Of a stretch of DNA of 64,000 bases, positions 17,873 to 27,262 are shown in pieces. Source of the DNA: Nitrospira sp. (GTDB lineage: Bacteria; Nitrospirota; Nitrospiria; Nitrospirales; Nitrospiraceae); contig SWDN01000013.1 in the NCBI GenBank assembly GCA_005116775.1, positions 3,337 through 67,336 of the forward strand. The letters run 5' to 3'. The translations under genes and the position numbers were made by a program. The notes below the pieces were generated by a model, which saw nothing but the letters and a program-made list of their open reading frames with translations, was not told where the DNA came from and did no database searches. Positions within the stretch are counted from its first letter, which is position 1; every line of letters starts with the position of its first letter.

Positions 17873-18874
17873 ATGAATGCACCAGATTCCCATGATGCGG
17901 TCGAGATAGATCTCCGCTGGACGGACGAGGCGTCTAAACGTCTGGAGCGGGCTCCGATCTTCTTGCGTGGCATGGTTCGCCGTCTGGCCGAAAAAAAAGC
18001 ACGGGAACTCGGATACGCGGAGATCACGGGGGATCTTCTTGAGCAATTCAAGAATCAAATGATGGGTGGGATGGGAGGCGAATCCGGCATGGCCGAAGCG
18101 GCGGAGCAGATGGCTCAAGGGCGTCTCCCCTGGACCGCTTCTGCCAAGGAACGCCTGAATACGGTTCCGGAATTCATGCGCCACATGATCAAGCAGATTG
18201 CCGAAGAGATCGCCCAGGAGCGAGGCCATCTTGAGGTGAACATCGAACTGTTCGAAAAGGTAGAAGCCCTGGGCGATCTCCGCGAGGCCTCTGGCCCTCC
18301 GATGGAGTGGAGCGAGGGGGCGTTGGCTCAACTTCATGAGAAACTGAAGCAGTCACCGCCGATTGCCATTGAATTTGTCACAGACATGCTCAAGCGGGAC
18401 ACCGAAGATTTTGCGAGAGAGAAAGGGGTGACTCGGATCGACGAGTCGACGTTGTTGCAGTTGTGGGATTCACCTCAGGAGCGAGTGGCGTGGACCGATG
18501 AGGCATGGAAGCGGCTGCAGACGTCGCCGGATTTCGTGCGTAGCGGAATCCGTAAGGCCGCTGAGCGAAGGGCGCGGAAGCTTGGACTCCCAGAGATTGA
18601 TACGGAGCATCTGACGACCTTTCGGAATCAAGCCATGATGAAAGCTGTTAAACGGATCCGTTCGTTTGGATACAAAGAGCTGACGTTTGACGCGTTCGAT
18701 ACGGCACTGGAGAAGACCAAGCGGTTGCAGGGGAATGAGCAGGCAGAGAAACGCCTCCAGGAAATCCGAGGGCATTTTGCCGATCCAGACCTCAAAAAAC
18801 CTGAAGGTGGGACCTTGGGTGCTGATTTGATGGAGCGCTTTCGCAGCTATCTTAAAGGAGAAGGAACGCTCTAG
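17873..18874 (+). CDS. Protein built from four PCP_red-like (protochlorophyllide-reductase C-terminal-like) helical repeats
   Basis: Four internal repeats of consensus W(T/S)xEAxxRLxxxPxFxRxxxxxxAExxAxxxGxxxIxxxxL at about aa 14-59, 85-129, 144-197 and 205-252. Confidence 0.6.
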   Translation: MNAPDSHDAVEIDLRWTDEASKRLERAPIFLRGMVRRLAEKKARELGYAEITGDLLEQFKNQMMGGMGGESGMAEAAEQMAQGRLPWTASAKERLNTVPEFMRHMIKQIAEEIAQERGHLEVNIELFEKVEALGDLREASGPPMEWSEGALAQLHEKLKQSPPIAIEFVTDMLKRDTEDFAREKGVTRIDESTLLQLWDSPQERVAWTDEAWKRLQTSPDFVRSGIRKAAERRARKLGLPEIDTEHLTTFRNQAMMKAVKRIRSFGYKELTFDAFDTALEKTKRLQGNEQAEKRLQEIRGHFADPDLKKPEGGTLGADLMERFRSYLKGEGTL

Positions 18875-19008
18875 CAGAGAATACTGGAGCTATCGAGGAT
18901 GCACCCCTATCTCTGAAATCCCCGACGAGTCAAACTGACGAGGCCTCGTGGATACTACGGGCCTCATCCAGCCTGATTACTCTTTTAAAGAATAGACGTC
19001 CCTGTTGA

Positions 19009-19329
19009 TCAATGGGCAGCTGCCTGTTGAGGCCAGAACTTATGTCTGATCTGTGGGAGCGGCTCGTTATCGAGGTTGGGGATGTCGTAGAGGCAACGAT
19101 CGATCGTTGCCACTTCTTCTTCAGTCAACTCCAAGGCAACTTTTTTCTTCCAAAACTGGTCGAGCGTAAAATAATCACCTGACTGCGGCTTCTCAGCCAA
19201 AAGCGTTTTCATCTTTTCAAATCCTGCCGTGTCCACGCCAGGAACTCGATCCTTGTTGCGGGTGTGACACCAGTGCAGTATTTCGGCAACTCCGTACATC
19301 GTCGACTCAATCTTCATCGTCTTGCTCAT
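19009..19329 (-). CDS. Hypothetical protein, 106 aa
   Basis: Clean ORF with a strong SD (AAGGAGG) 5 nt upstream of the ATG. I recognise no family. Confidence 0.55.
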   Translation of the reverse strand: MSKTMKIESTMYGVAEILHWCHTRNKDRVPGVDTAGFEKMKTLLAEKPQSGDYFTLDQFWKKKVALELTEEEVATIDRCLYDIPNLDNEPLPQIRHKFWPQQAAAH

Positions 19330-19453
19330 GGATTCCTCCTTACCAAAGATCGCTATTCTATCCCAAACCGTGCGCCATTTTCAAAGCCATCGTTGACTGG
19401 GCAAGCCTTGGGGAAACCGTGTTGTGGCGTCGATCGTTGCGCGGCTTGATTGA

Positions 19454-19483
19454 TTGCCAGAAGAAAGTCGTGGTCTGTATACT
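19454..19483 (+). promoter_or_regulatory. Sigma-70-like promoter candidate for the FG-GAP lipoprotein gene
   Basis: TTGCCA (19454-19459), an 18-nt spacer, then TATACT (19478-19483). Confidence 0.35.
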
Positions 19484-19626
19484 GGCCAGTCTCATTTCGA
19501 TTCGAGGGCCTGGTTGAGGGGCGCGTGCGTATACAGATGAATCACGACGACGTCGGCTCCTCGTGCGAGGAGGAGTGGGGGGGCAGCAGCGCTGACGTCC
19601 ACAGAAAGTGTAGGGTCAGGAGCCTC

Positions 19627-20775
19627 ATGGTCGTAGCGGCCAGTGTCTTCTTGTTTATGGCAAGCGGCTGCAATAAACAAGATCCCTACGCTCCACCTGA
19701 CCTTTTTTACTACTTCGCCAGCTACAAAGTCGGGAAGAATCCGACGACTGTCGTCACCACCGATGTCAATCAAGACGGTTTTACGGATGTGATTACCACC
19801 AACATAGGCAGTAATACTCTGTCGATTCTGTTAGGGAATGGCGACGGAACGTTTCTCGATCAGATCCAGTTAAATGTGTGTAAAGAGCCTCGTTCACTGG
19901 CCCTCGGGATGTTCAACCGTGATTCGTATCCCGATGTGGCCTTAGCCTGCTCCGGGGGTGATGAAGTGGCCATACTCTTTGGCCGAGCCGACGGAAAATT
20001 TGAAGAAGGGCCGCGCTATCCTGTGCATCGGACTCCTATTGCCATTGCCAGCGAGGATTTGAACGGCGATCAAGCGCTCGACCTTGTGGTCGCATTGCGG
20101 AACGACAAGATTAAAGTCTTTCTGGGAACCGGAACCGGTGAGTTTACCCATAGGGCACAGTACGAATATGGCGATACACCGACCTCTGTCGCGATGGCTG
20201 ACTTGAATGGCGATGGGAAGATCGATTTGGCCGTGACAAACGGAGGGCCGATGTCAAACGCAGTTTCTATCTGGGCAGGGAATGGCGACGGCACGTTTCG
20301 TCCTCCCACTGACTATCGGACAGGGAAACGACCGCTTGGGGTGAGTTTCGCCGATTTCAATCGCGACCGGATACTCGACCTACTTGTGATCAACGGCCAG
20401 CAAGACAGCTTCACAACTTTTCTTGGCGTGGGGAATGGAACGTTCCAGCCTGGACGTGATTCGGGTGCCGACGCCGGGCCGAACTTTGGGTTCGCTCGAG
20501 ACTTCAACGGCGACAGTCGTATCGACGTAGCCATTGTGAACCTTCAGTCCAGCGATCTTTCCATTCTTTTTGGCCGAGGCGACGGGACGTTCGAATATCC
20601 ACCGCGAAACTATCGGACCAAACCAGGACCCTTCGCCCTTGCGACGTTTCGTGTCACCACGAAGGAGGCCGAAGAGCCCGGACTGGTGACGGCGGATAAC
20701 GGCAATGGAAGCGTCTCCGTCTTTCTCCATCGAGGGTTGAAAGCGGTGCACACTCCAGTCGTTCCCTCCCCGTGA
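19627..20775 (+). CDS. FG-GAP/VCBS-repeat lipoprotein (beta-propeller)
   Basis: Signal/lipobox 'MVVAASVFLFMASGC'. At least six repeats of the form 'DxNxDGxxDxxxxNxxSNxxSxxLGNGDGTF'. ATG 19627 has an AGGAG SD, while the upstream in-frame starts (19450, 19537) lack one. Confidence 0.75.
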   Translation: MVVAASVFLFMASGCNKQDPYAPPDLFYYFASYKVGKNPTTVVTTDVNQDGFTDVITTNIGSNTLSILLGNGDGTFLDQIQLNVCKEPRSLALGMFNRDSYPDVALACSGGDEVAILFGRADGKFEEGPRYPVHRTPIAIASEDLNGDQALDLVVALRNDKIKVFLGTGTGEFTHRAQYEYGDTPTSVAMADLNGDGKIDLAVTNGGPMSNAVSIWAGNGDGTFRPPTDYRTGKRPLGVSFADFNRDRILDLLVINGQQDSFTTFLGVGNGTFQPGRDSGADAGPNFGFARDFNGDSRIDVAIVNLQSSDLSILFGRGDGTFEYPPRNYRTKPGPFALATFRVTTKEAEEPGLVTADNGNGSVSVFLHRGLKAVHTPVVPSP

Positions 20776-20823
20776 GGTAGGGTGAGGTCTGTCGCGGTTT
20801 GTACGAATCAAAAGCCAGTCTTC

Positions 20824-20852
20824 TTGACAGCCTGAAGACCCTCGGCTAGAGT
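20824..20852 (+). promoter_or_regulatory. Sigma-70-like promoter candidate that would give a leaderless or near-leaderless transcript
   Basis: TTGACA (20824-20829), a 17-nt spacer, then TAGAGT (20847-20852). The ATG of the next ORF begins 6 nt later, at 20858. Confidence 0.35.
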
Positions 20853-20857
20853 GCCCG

Positions 20858-21103
20858 ATGAGCGCCACACGGGCCTCTTGGCGCCCTGTTTCGAGGACAC
20901 CAGTGAGATCATTTCGATGGTGGTTTGCTATTGGCGCGTTGCTCACTCTCTCCGTGCTGATGGTACAGGGCGGTGTGCGAGAGTTACTCGACGGAGCCGC
21001 TCCAGGCAGTGGGGTCAGCGCCTATCTCTCGTTCGGCACCACAATTGTCGGCGGAGGGCTATTAGCCGGCTGCCTGGCATTGGTGATGAATCGACTCCGG
21101 TAG
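20858..21103 (+). CDS. Small membrane protein, 81 aa, two predicted TM helices
   Basis: Arg-rich N-terminus followed by two hydrophobic stretches ('WWFAIGALLTLSVLMV' and 'IVGGGLLAGCLALVM'). A promoter-like element lies directly upstream. Confidence 0.4.
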   Translation: MSATRASWRPVSRTPVRSFRWWFAIGALLTLSVLMVQGGVRELLDGAAPGSGVSAYLSFGTTIVGGGLLAGCLALVMNRLR

Positions 21104-21124
21104 ACACAGGGTCCGAAGGCAGGC

Positions 21125-21319
21125 GTGTCGATGCACTGTTTGCGATGTAAGGGCTGCATGATGGTCGAGCGTCACTATACGCTGGTGAATCGCCGACTCT
21201 ATGCCCGTTGTTTGAATTGCGGGTTTTGGATCGACCTTGCCGACCTGCTTCGTTTCTTTCATAAAGTGATCGACAGCGGGTTTCGCGGAGGGAAAGTGCG
21301 GGAATCGTTTACACTCTGA
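21125..21319 (+). CDS. Small zinc-ribbon protein, 64 aa
   Basis: CxxC(xxC)...CxxC arrangement ('CLRCKGC...CLNCG'). GAAGG lies upstream of the GTG start. Confidence 0.4.
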   Translation: MSMHCLRCKGCMMVERHYTLVNRRLYARCLNCGFWIDLADLLRFFHKVIDSGFRGGKVRESFTL

Positions 21320-21330
21320 GCGGGAGCGAT

Positions 21331-22260
21331 GTGTTCACCATGGTAAGAAATTGCGGGAAGCTCTATCGATGGTCGTTTCTCGTCGGCGCCGCAGGGGCGT
21401 GCATCGGCCTTCTGTGTATCAGCGCCGGAGCCATGTCGCCATCCATTGCCCTTGCGAAGAGTGTCACGGTTCAGTCTGTGCCTGTTCGAACCGCGATCGC
21501 TCCTCACCGGTTCCCTCCGTGGCGGATCGCTCCAGCTCACGGGATTCTTCTCAAAGAACTCAATAGCGGTCGTGTGTTGTATGAACACGATGCGGGGAAG
21601 CGCATGTCCCCTGCCAGCCTCACCAAAATCATGTCGGCCCTCGTCATTCTGGAAAAGGGTCAGTTGGACGATTTTGTCACGATAAGCCCCAATGCCGCAC
21701 GAGCACACAAGACGCATTTGCGTGTCAAAGCGGGACAGGTTTTTCGGCTGGAAGATCTGCTGAAGGCCATGCTGATCGTGTCCGCAAACGATGCCTGCCT
21801 GGCAGCGGTAGAGCATGTTGGCGGCGACGAGGCGCAGTTCGTCGCGCTCATGAATGCCAAGGCTGCAGCCCTCGGTTTGGCGGATACGCATTTCAGCAAT
21901 GGCTGTGGGTTCGACAACCCTGACCATTACTCGACGGCCGAAGACCTCGCCGCGCTGAGTCTCATAGCGCTCGATCAGCCGATTTTTCGGCAGTTGGTCC
22001 GAGAGGAACGCGCGACCATCACTCCAGTCAATGGTCATCGCTCGTATGTCTTGCACACCACAAACAGATTGCTGGGACGCATACCGGGTGTCGAAGGGAT
22101 CAAAACGGGATTTACCTCCAAGGCCGGGCGGTGTCTCATCGCCAAAGTTTCTCAGAACGGGAGCGATCTTCTCCTCGTGATTCTCAATTCCAAGCGCCGG
22201 TGGAATACCGCGACGAACCTCATTACCTACGGGCTACAAGCAGCCGAGTCTCCACACTGA
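21331..22260 (+). CDS. D-alanyl-D-alanine carboxypeptidase (S11 family, low-molecular-weight PBP)
   Basis: SxxK 'SPASLTKIM', SxN 'VSAND' and KTG 'IKTGFTS' motifs, plus an N-terminal signal peptide. Confidence 0.85.
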   Translation: MFTMVRNCGKLYRWSFLVGAAGACIGLLCISAGAMSPSIALAKSVTVQSVPVRTAIAPHRFPPWRIAPAHGILLKELNSGRVLYEHDAGKRMSPASLTKIMSALVILEKGQLDDFVTISPNAARAHKTHLRVKAGQVFRLEDLLKAMLIVSANDACLAAVEHVGGDEAQFVALMNAKAAALGLADTHFSNGCGFDNPDHYSTAEDLAALSLIALDQPIFRQLVREERATITPVNGHRSYVLHTTNRLLGRIPGVEGIKTGFTSKAGRCLIAKVSQNGSDLLLVILNSKRRWNTATNLITYGLQAAESPH

Positions 22261-22488
22261 ATCCAATTCCCTTAGTATTTGACAGATCGGCCCGCGCCTC
22301 GGCAGAAGTGAGGAGTATTCACAATCTGCCAGTTGGAGTCTTGCCTGGCGATGGTCCAGACTTTGTATTAATGCGTGGAGTCGGAGGAAGAGATACGGAG
22401 AGAGGAATGTACGTTACTAATTGGGAGAAAGGAGGAAAAGATTTACGTCGGCACGTATGGAAAGAGGCCGAACATCAAACGTGTCTTG

Positions 22489-23022
22489 CTACCGAGATGG
22501 GGAAAACTCCACATTGACATCTTTCCCCAAATAGTTGATGACGAATCCCTGCCTATCGTACGCGAGGATGGCGCCCATCACATTTTCGTCTCCGTAATCT
22601 TCTTGCCCCATGAGTTTTCGCACATCATCGGGGCTTTCGCTGTTCAACACGTTGCGAAAGATACCTCGCGTCTTGTAGGAGAATCGATTGTTGATGAAGA
22701 TCAGGTCTACTTTGCCGTCCTGGATCCGCACGCCAGCCATAGGGCCGGTCGGCTTGCGTTGATCGAGCAAGAAGATAAATAAGGCTTCTTGCTCCACTTT
22801 GATTCCAGGAATCTTTTCGTTCACAAGAGCGTCCAAGGCTTTGGCTTCGGAGTCTCCCAATTTAACCCCGAACAGTGAAATCTCGGCACTCTTCAAGGCT
22901 TTGGGATCCATGACGTCATGCTTACTCAATTCGTAAGGCTCGCTATACCCAGGGGGTGCCCATATACTACTTGCGGCGATCGCTATGCAGGCTAGCGTGA
23001 TGATTCGCAGTACATACTTCAT
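22489..23022 (-). CDS. Secreted hypothetical protein, 177 aa
   Basis: The start is set at 'MKYVLRIITLACIAIAASSIWA' (signal peptide), with a G-rich SD upstream. GC is lower than the flanks. I recognise no family. Confidence 0.55.
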   Translation of the reverse strand: MKYVLRIITLACIAIAASSIWAPPGYSEPYELSKHDVMDPKALKSAEISLFGVKLGDSEAKALDALVNEKIPGIKVEQEALFIFLLDQRKPTGPMAGVRIQDGKVDLIFINNRFSYKTRGIFRNVLNSESPDDVRKLMGQEDYGDENVMGAILAYDRQGFVINYLGKDVNVEFSPSR

Positions 23023-23202
23023 CGACTCGTCTTTACCCCCTGGACACTGAAAAAATGTATGGTACGTGAATGTGACTGGCGAAACCGGCAGGACCAATGC
23101 AGTGTGCGAACATTTTAACGAACGCTCTGAGAACTTGCAAGAATGGCTGACGGTGTGGCGGACGTGGAGCAATCCATTTCAGTCGTTGCCCTATGGAATA
23201 TG

Positions 23203-23511
23203 TTATGTGGTGCGGTTGGTGGTGATGAGGAGAGTGCCGAGCTGTCGGAGCCGTTGAAAGTAGAGCTGGCAGTCTTCGCCAAGATCGTCTGTCAGGTTAT
23301 CCAGATCTGACACACAATCTTCAACGATCGCAATCCGCTGGGCATCAAGCCCCTCAGGGCTATCGAGGAAATACACAACGCATCCGCTGATGACGGTATC
23401 CAGCGTCATCAGCGGCCCCTCATGTTGAGTTCCTACTTGAGGCCACGGCTCTTCCTTGTGGGTTGCCCAGAGGGATAGCACCGCATCTCGATCCATGTTG
23501 CAGGTCTCCAT
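23203..23511 (-). CDS. Acidic hypothetical protein, about 100 aa
   Basis: Clean ORF. The internal ATG at 23496 has a GGAG upstream and may be the true start. I recognise no family. Confidence 0.45.
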   Translation of the reverse strand: METCNMDRDAVLSLWATHKEEPWPQVGTQHEGPLMTLDTVISGCVVYFLDSPEGLDAQRIAIVEDCVSDLDNLTDDLGEDCQLYFQRLRQLGTLLITTNRTT

Positions 23512-23614
23512 ACAATCCAGCCTGACTCAGTTCCGATCAATCCACCCTAGCGCTGGGAATAGGCCGATCGCAAGTTGGGAGACGGTACGCGACGCATTCC
23601 TAGTGTCGGGAGGC

Positions 23615-24871
23615 TCATGGGTAGAGTCCACGATAGAGATGCGCTTGAGCGACTTTGTCGATCCCGCTCATCAGGGCAGCCATCCGCATAGAAGTTTTCT
23701 TGGAAACGGAAAACTCTAACGTCCTATGGAAGGCGGTGATCATAATGTCTTGCAGTCGCGCTTGAATGTCCGCGGCTTTCCAGAAAAACCGCTGCACATC
23801 CTGTACCCATTCGAAATACGACACGATTACACCACCGGAGTTGGCCAGGATATCTGGAATGATAAAGACTCCCTGGTCCTGCAAGATGCGATCGGCTTCC
23901 AGGGTCGTCGGGCCGTTTGCCCCCTCTGCGAGAATTCGGCAGCGCAGTGTTGCGGCATTGCGTTCGGTGATCTGTTCGGAGAGCGCAGCGGGGACTAACA
24001 CGGTGCAGTCGAGTTGCAGCAATTCGTCGTTGGAGAGCCAGTCTCCCAGCTTGGTGTCTCGGAGAGATTGGCCGTCGGTTTTATAGCGTGTAAGCAGTTC
24101 CGGAATATTCAAACCGTTTGGATTGTGGATTCCGCCCTGCACATCGCTCACTGCGATGACGCGTGCTCCACACTCCTGCATGATGCGGGCTGTATGGGAC
24201 CCGACGTTGCCGAACCCTTGTATCGCTACGGTGGTATTCCGGATATCGAGCTTGAGATGACGGAGTGCTTCCATCGTGACGCAGACTACCCCACGGCCGG
24301 TGGCTTCTTCACGTCCGAGGCTTCCTCCAATCGACAAGGGTTTGCCTGTGACGACGCCCGGCACCGAATATCCCATCTGCTGGCTGTAGGTATCCATGAT
24401 CCAGGCCATCACTTGGGCATCTGTGCCGACGTCTGGAGCCGGCACATCCTTGTCCGGCCCGATCAATGGGAAAATCTCCGCAGCGTAGCGTCTGGTCAAT
24501 CGTTGTAACTCAGGCTGCGAAAACTTTTTGGGGGCAATCGCGACGCCGCCCTTGGCTCCGCCATAGGGTAGATCGGCTAACGCGCATTTCCATGTCATCC
24601 ACATGGCGAGCGCCGCAACCTCTCCAAGGTTCACATCCGGATGATAGCGAATGCCTCCCTTTGTGGGGCCGCGGGAAGAATCGTGCTGCACCCGATAGCC
24701 GGTATAGACCTCGACCCGGCCGTCGTCCATCCTGACGGGCAGGCTGACAATCAACGATCGCTGCGGAAGCTTCAGCCGTTCGCGTAAATTGTGATCAAGC
24801 TCCATGGCTTCGGCTGCTTGATCAAACTGTGCGACTGCGAGACGAAAGGTCGGTGTGTCGAGTTCGTGCAT
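23615..24871 (-). CDS. gdhA: Glutamate dehydrogenase (Glu/Leu/Phe/Val dehydrogenase family)
   Basis: 'LPYGGAKGGVAI' catalytic-Lys motif and a C-terminal Rossmann 'IQGFGNVGSH'. Confidence 0.9.
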   Translation of the reverse strand: MHELDTPTFRLAVAQFDQAAEAMELDHNLRERLKLPQRSLIVSLPVRMDDGRVEVYTGYRVQHDSSRGPTKGGIRYHPDVNLGEVAALAMWMTWKCALADLPYGGAKGGVAIAPKKFSQPELQRLTRRYAAEIFPLIGPDKDVPAPDVGTDAQVMAWIMDTYSQQMGYSVPGVVTGKPLSIGGSLGREEATGRGVVCVTMEALRHLKLDIRNTTVAIQGFGNVGSHTARIMQECGARVIAVSDVQGGIHNPNGLNIPELLTRYKTDGQSLRDTKLGDWLSNDELLQLDCTVLVPAALSEQITERNAATLRCRILAEGANGPTTLEADRILQDQGVFIIPDILANSGGVIVSYFEWVQDVQRFFWKAADIQARLQDIMITAFHRTLEFSVSKKTSMRMAALMSGIDKVAQAHLYRGLYP

Positions 24872-24886
24872 GGTCTATTCCTTTGA

Positions 24887-25684
24887 TTAGGTGTGCGAGG
24901 GCGACACCAATGTACGGTGGTGTTCCTGTCCGATGGTGTCGAGCGGGAGCTCCATCCATTGCATGTTGAATACACGTGAGAATTCCTGCCCGATTTGTTG
25001 TGACACGACTGAAGGCGACAGGGGAGACTGCCGGATCTCAGCCATGGAAGTAATGTGGCACTGTACCAGGCCGCAGGGCATGATAAGAGAAAAAGGGGAG
25101 AGGTCCAGATCAACATTGAGCGCAAAGCCATGAACCGTGACCCCATGATTAATCCGGACTCCGATAGCAGCAATCTTCGCATCAGTATGATTCCAGCGTA
25201 CCCACACGCCAGGGCTTTTCTCAATGCGATAGCCCGCAATGCCCCATTGATCGAGCGTACGGATCAAGACTTCTTCCAACTTTCGCACATATTGTTTTGG
25301 CCCTGAACAGTAATGTGACAGCTTAAGGATGGGGTAGCCCACGACTTGTCCAGGTCCATGGTAAGTGATCGAACCGCCACGATCGACGAATTGGATATCC
25401 GCGCCTGTGCGGCGGAGAATCTCTTTTCCGCATTCCCAATGTGCCGGCTTGGTGGTGCGGCCCAGAGTGTAGACTGGTTGGTGCTCAAGGAGCAGCAGGA
25501 CATCCCCTCGTCTCTCCACAATCCGTTCTTCCTGTAGTTGTTTCTGGATTGTCCAGGTTTCGGCATAGGGGATCGGTTGCAAAAACCGAACGAGCGTGCC
25601 CGCTTGTGGCGTAAGCGTCGAGAGAGGGCTACTGCCCTGCAAGGGAAAATCATGACCTGGGGGTGATCTATCGATGTCACTCAC
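24887..25684 (-). CDS. lipB: Octanoyltransferase (lipoate-protein ligase B)
   Basis: 'VDRGGSITYHGPGQVVGYPIL' and 'KIAAIGVRI'. The N-terminal ~30 aa may be an over-extension. Confidence 0.85.
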   Translation of the reverse strand: MSDIDRSPPGHDFPLQGSSPLSTLTPQAGTLVRFLQPIPYAETWTIQKQLQEERIVERRGDVLLLLEHQPVYTLGRTTKPAHWECGKEILRRTGADIQFVDRGGSITYHGPGQVVGYPILKLSHYCSGPKQYVRKLEEVLIRTLDQWGIAGYRIEKSPGVWVRWNHTDAKIAAIGVRINHGVTVHGFALNVDLDLSPFSLIMPCGLVQCHITSMAEIRQSPLSPSVVSQQIGQEFSRVFNMQWMELPLDTIGQEHHRTLVSPSHT

Positions 25685-25953
25685 AGAATTACCATTGGCA
25701 GAGTGGGATTCTGAATCGAGACCGTGGCCGAGGTGGTCTTGCTTTGAATGGGCAATTGCAAGGTCGGTTGGTATCCGTTAGACCGGAAGAAATTCCTAAA
25801 GCCTTTGATGGCCGACATGAATGTTAATGAAATGGTGAAAAGGCGACCGTCGAGGGAACTCCTCTGTGTTGTCCACGCACAGATCATGACGCCAAGTCTA
25901 TACGAGTTGGCCTCATTGTCTCACAAGCGCTTTCAGGGTGAAAGTCATAGAAC

Positions 25954-25984
25954 AGAAAAAGGGGCAAGGCCGGGCCTCGCCCCT
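25954..25984 (-). terminator. Rho-independent terminator downstream of rpoD
   Basis: The minus strand reads GGGGCGAGG-CCCGG-CCUUGCCCC (9-bp stem) followed by UUUUU, about 20 nt after the rpoD stop. Confidence 0.8.
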
Positions 25985-26005
25985 TCGACTGCATGAGTCT
26001 TCAGC

Positions 26006-27262
26006 TTACTGGATTGCGGCAAACATTTCCTTAATCTCGGGAGTCTTCAGCTTCTTGAGCGCTTTGGCTTCGATCTGACGAATCCGTTCTCTCGTCACCG
26101 AGAGGCTCTGTCCCACCTGCTCCAGCGTGCAGGCCTGATCGTGGCCGATGCCAAAACGTAGCCTGATGACGGTTTGCTCTCGTGGTGTGAGCGTGCCGAG
26201 AATGCGCTCAAGCTGGTGAGTCATTTCAGTTCGGTGCACATGGGTATCGGGTGGGACGGCTTGCAGGTCCGGGATCATTTCTCCAAACTCCGTGCTTCCG
26301 TCACCCACTGGTTTCTCCAGGGCAACCGGCTCTTGAAATGCCTGAACCGTCTCGTGGAGTCGCTCCGGTCTCATCCGTAGCGCTTGGGCGACTTCTTCAA
26401 GTCGAGCTGGACGACCCAGTTGTTGTCCGAGTCGTCTTGTCACGCGGAGAATCCGATGGGAGGCTTCAGTCTGGTGAACTGGAATACGAATGGTCCGCGA
26501 TTGATCCGCCAATGCGCGCGTGATGCCTTGGCGAATCCACCACGTTGCGTAGGTGCTGAATTTGAACCCTTTGCGGTATTGATAGCGTTCGGCCGCTTTC
26601 ATGAGTCCGATATTTCCTTCCTGAACAAGATCCAGCAACGTTAGCCCACGGCCCGTGTAATGTTTCGCGACATCCACGACGAGCCGCAGGTTGCAGCGCA
26701 CCAATTCATCTTTTGCTTGTTCGAGGGTGAGTCGGGAGGAGCGGAGAGTGACCAAGCTTTCCTTGAGCTGCTTGGTCATGGCAACTGAAAGTTTCTGCTG
26801 TCCCGTTCCCTGTTCGATCATCTCGATGAGGGTCTGTTGAGCCTTATCGATCGCAGTGGCGGAAAGTCCGCTCAACCCTCTGACCATCTGGAGTGTGCGT
26901 TGTCCCTCAACCACAGAGGCGGATCGCTTGAGACGAGGGAAGACTCGTATGGCATGGCGCAGGGCCTTCCGAATGGCGCTGGTTCCTGCATCGATCTTTT
27001 TAGCGATCTCGACCTCTTCTTCTCTGGTTAAGAGGGCCCGCTCGCCGAAGGAGCGGAAGTAGAGCGACTCCAACATAAATGGGTTGCTGTTTACGGCGGA
27101 ACGAGTCATCGCCTTTGCCGGCTCCTCAGATTGTTCTTCCTCCGAAGTTGCTCGACCGATCACATCCAAGAGGTCACTCGCATCGGGATCGTCCGCGTCG
27201 GCATCCTTTGCCGTCGTGACAAGCTCTTCTGGCGTAGGGATTGGGAATAGATTCTCTTTCAT
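26006..27262 (-). CDS. rpoD: RNA polymerase sigma-70 family factor (RpoD-like, regions 1.2-4.2)
   Basis: 'LVQEGNIGLMKAAERYQYRKGFKFSTYATWWIRQ' (region 2) and 'TLEQVGQSLSVTRERIRQIEAKAL' (region 4.2). ATG 27262 has an AGGAGG SD, so the ORF-track start at 27376 is rejected. Confidence 0.9.
   Translation of the reverse strand: MKENLFPIPTPEELVTTAKDADADDPDASDLLDVIGRATSEEEQSEEPAKAMTRSAVNSNPFMLESLYFRSFGERALLTREEEVEIAKKIDAGTSAIRKALRHAIRVFPRLKRSASVVEGQRTLQMVRGLSGLSATAIDKAQQTLIEMIEQGTGQQKLSVAMTKQLKESLVTLRSSRLTLEQAKDELVRCNLRLVVDVAKHYTGRGLTLLDLVQEGNIGLMKAAERYQYRKGFKFSTYATWWIRQGITRALADQSRTIRIPVHQTEASHRILRVTRRLGQQLGRPARLEEVAQALRMRPERLHETVQAFQEPVALEKPVGDGSTEFGEMIPDLQAVPPDTHVHRTEMTHQLERILGTLTPREQTVIRLRFGIGHDQACTLEQVGQSLSVTRERIRQIEAKALKKLKTPEIKEMFAAIQ

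Noticed and set aside
22375-22782. 135-aa plus-strand ORF overlapping the 22489-23022 minus-strand gene.
   Set aside because: The minus-strand ORF has a signal peptide and an SD. The plus-strand ORF has neither and looks like an antisense shadow.
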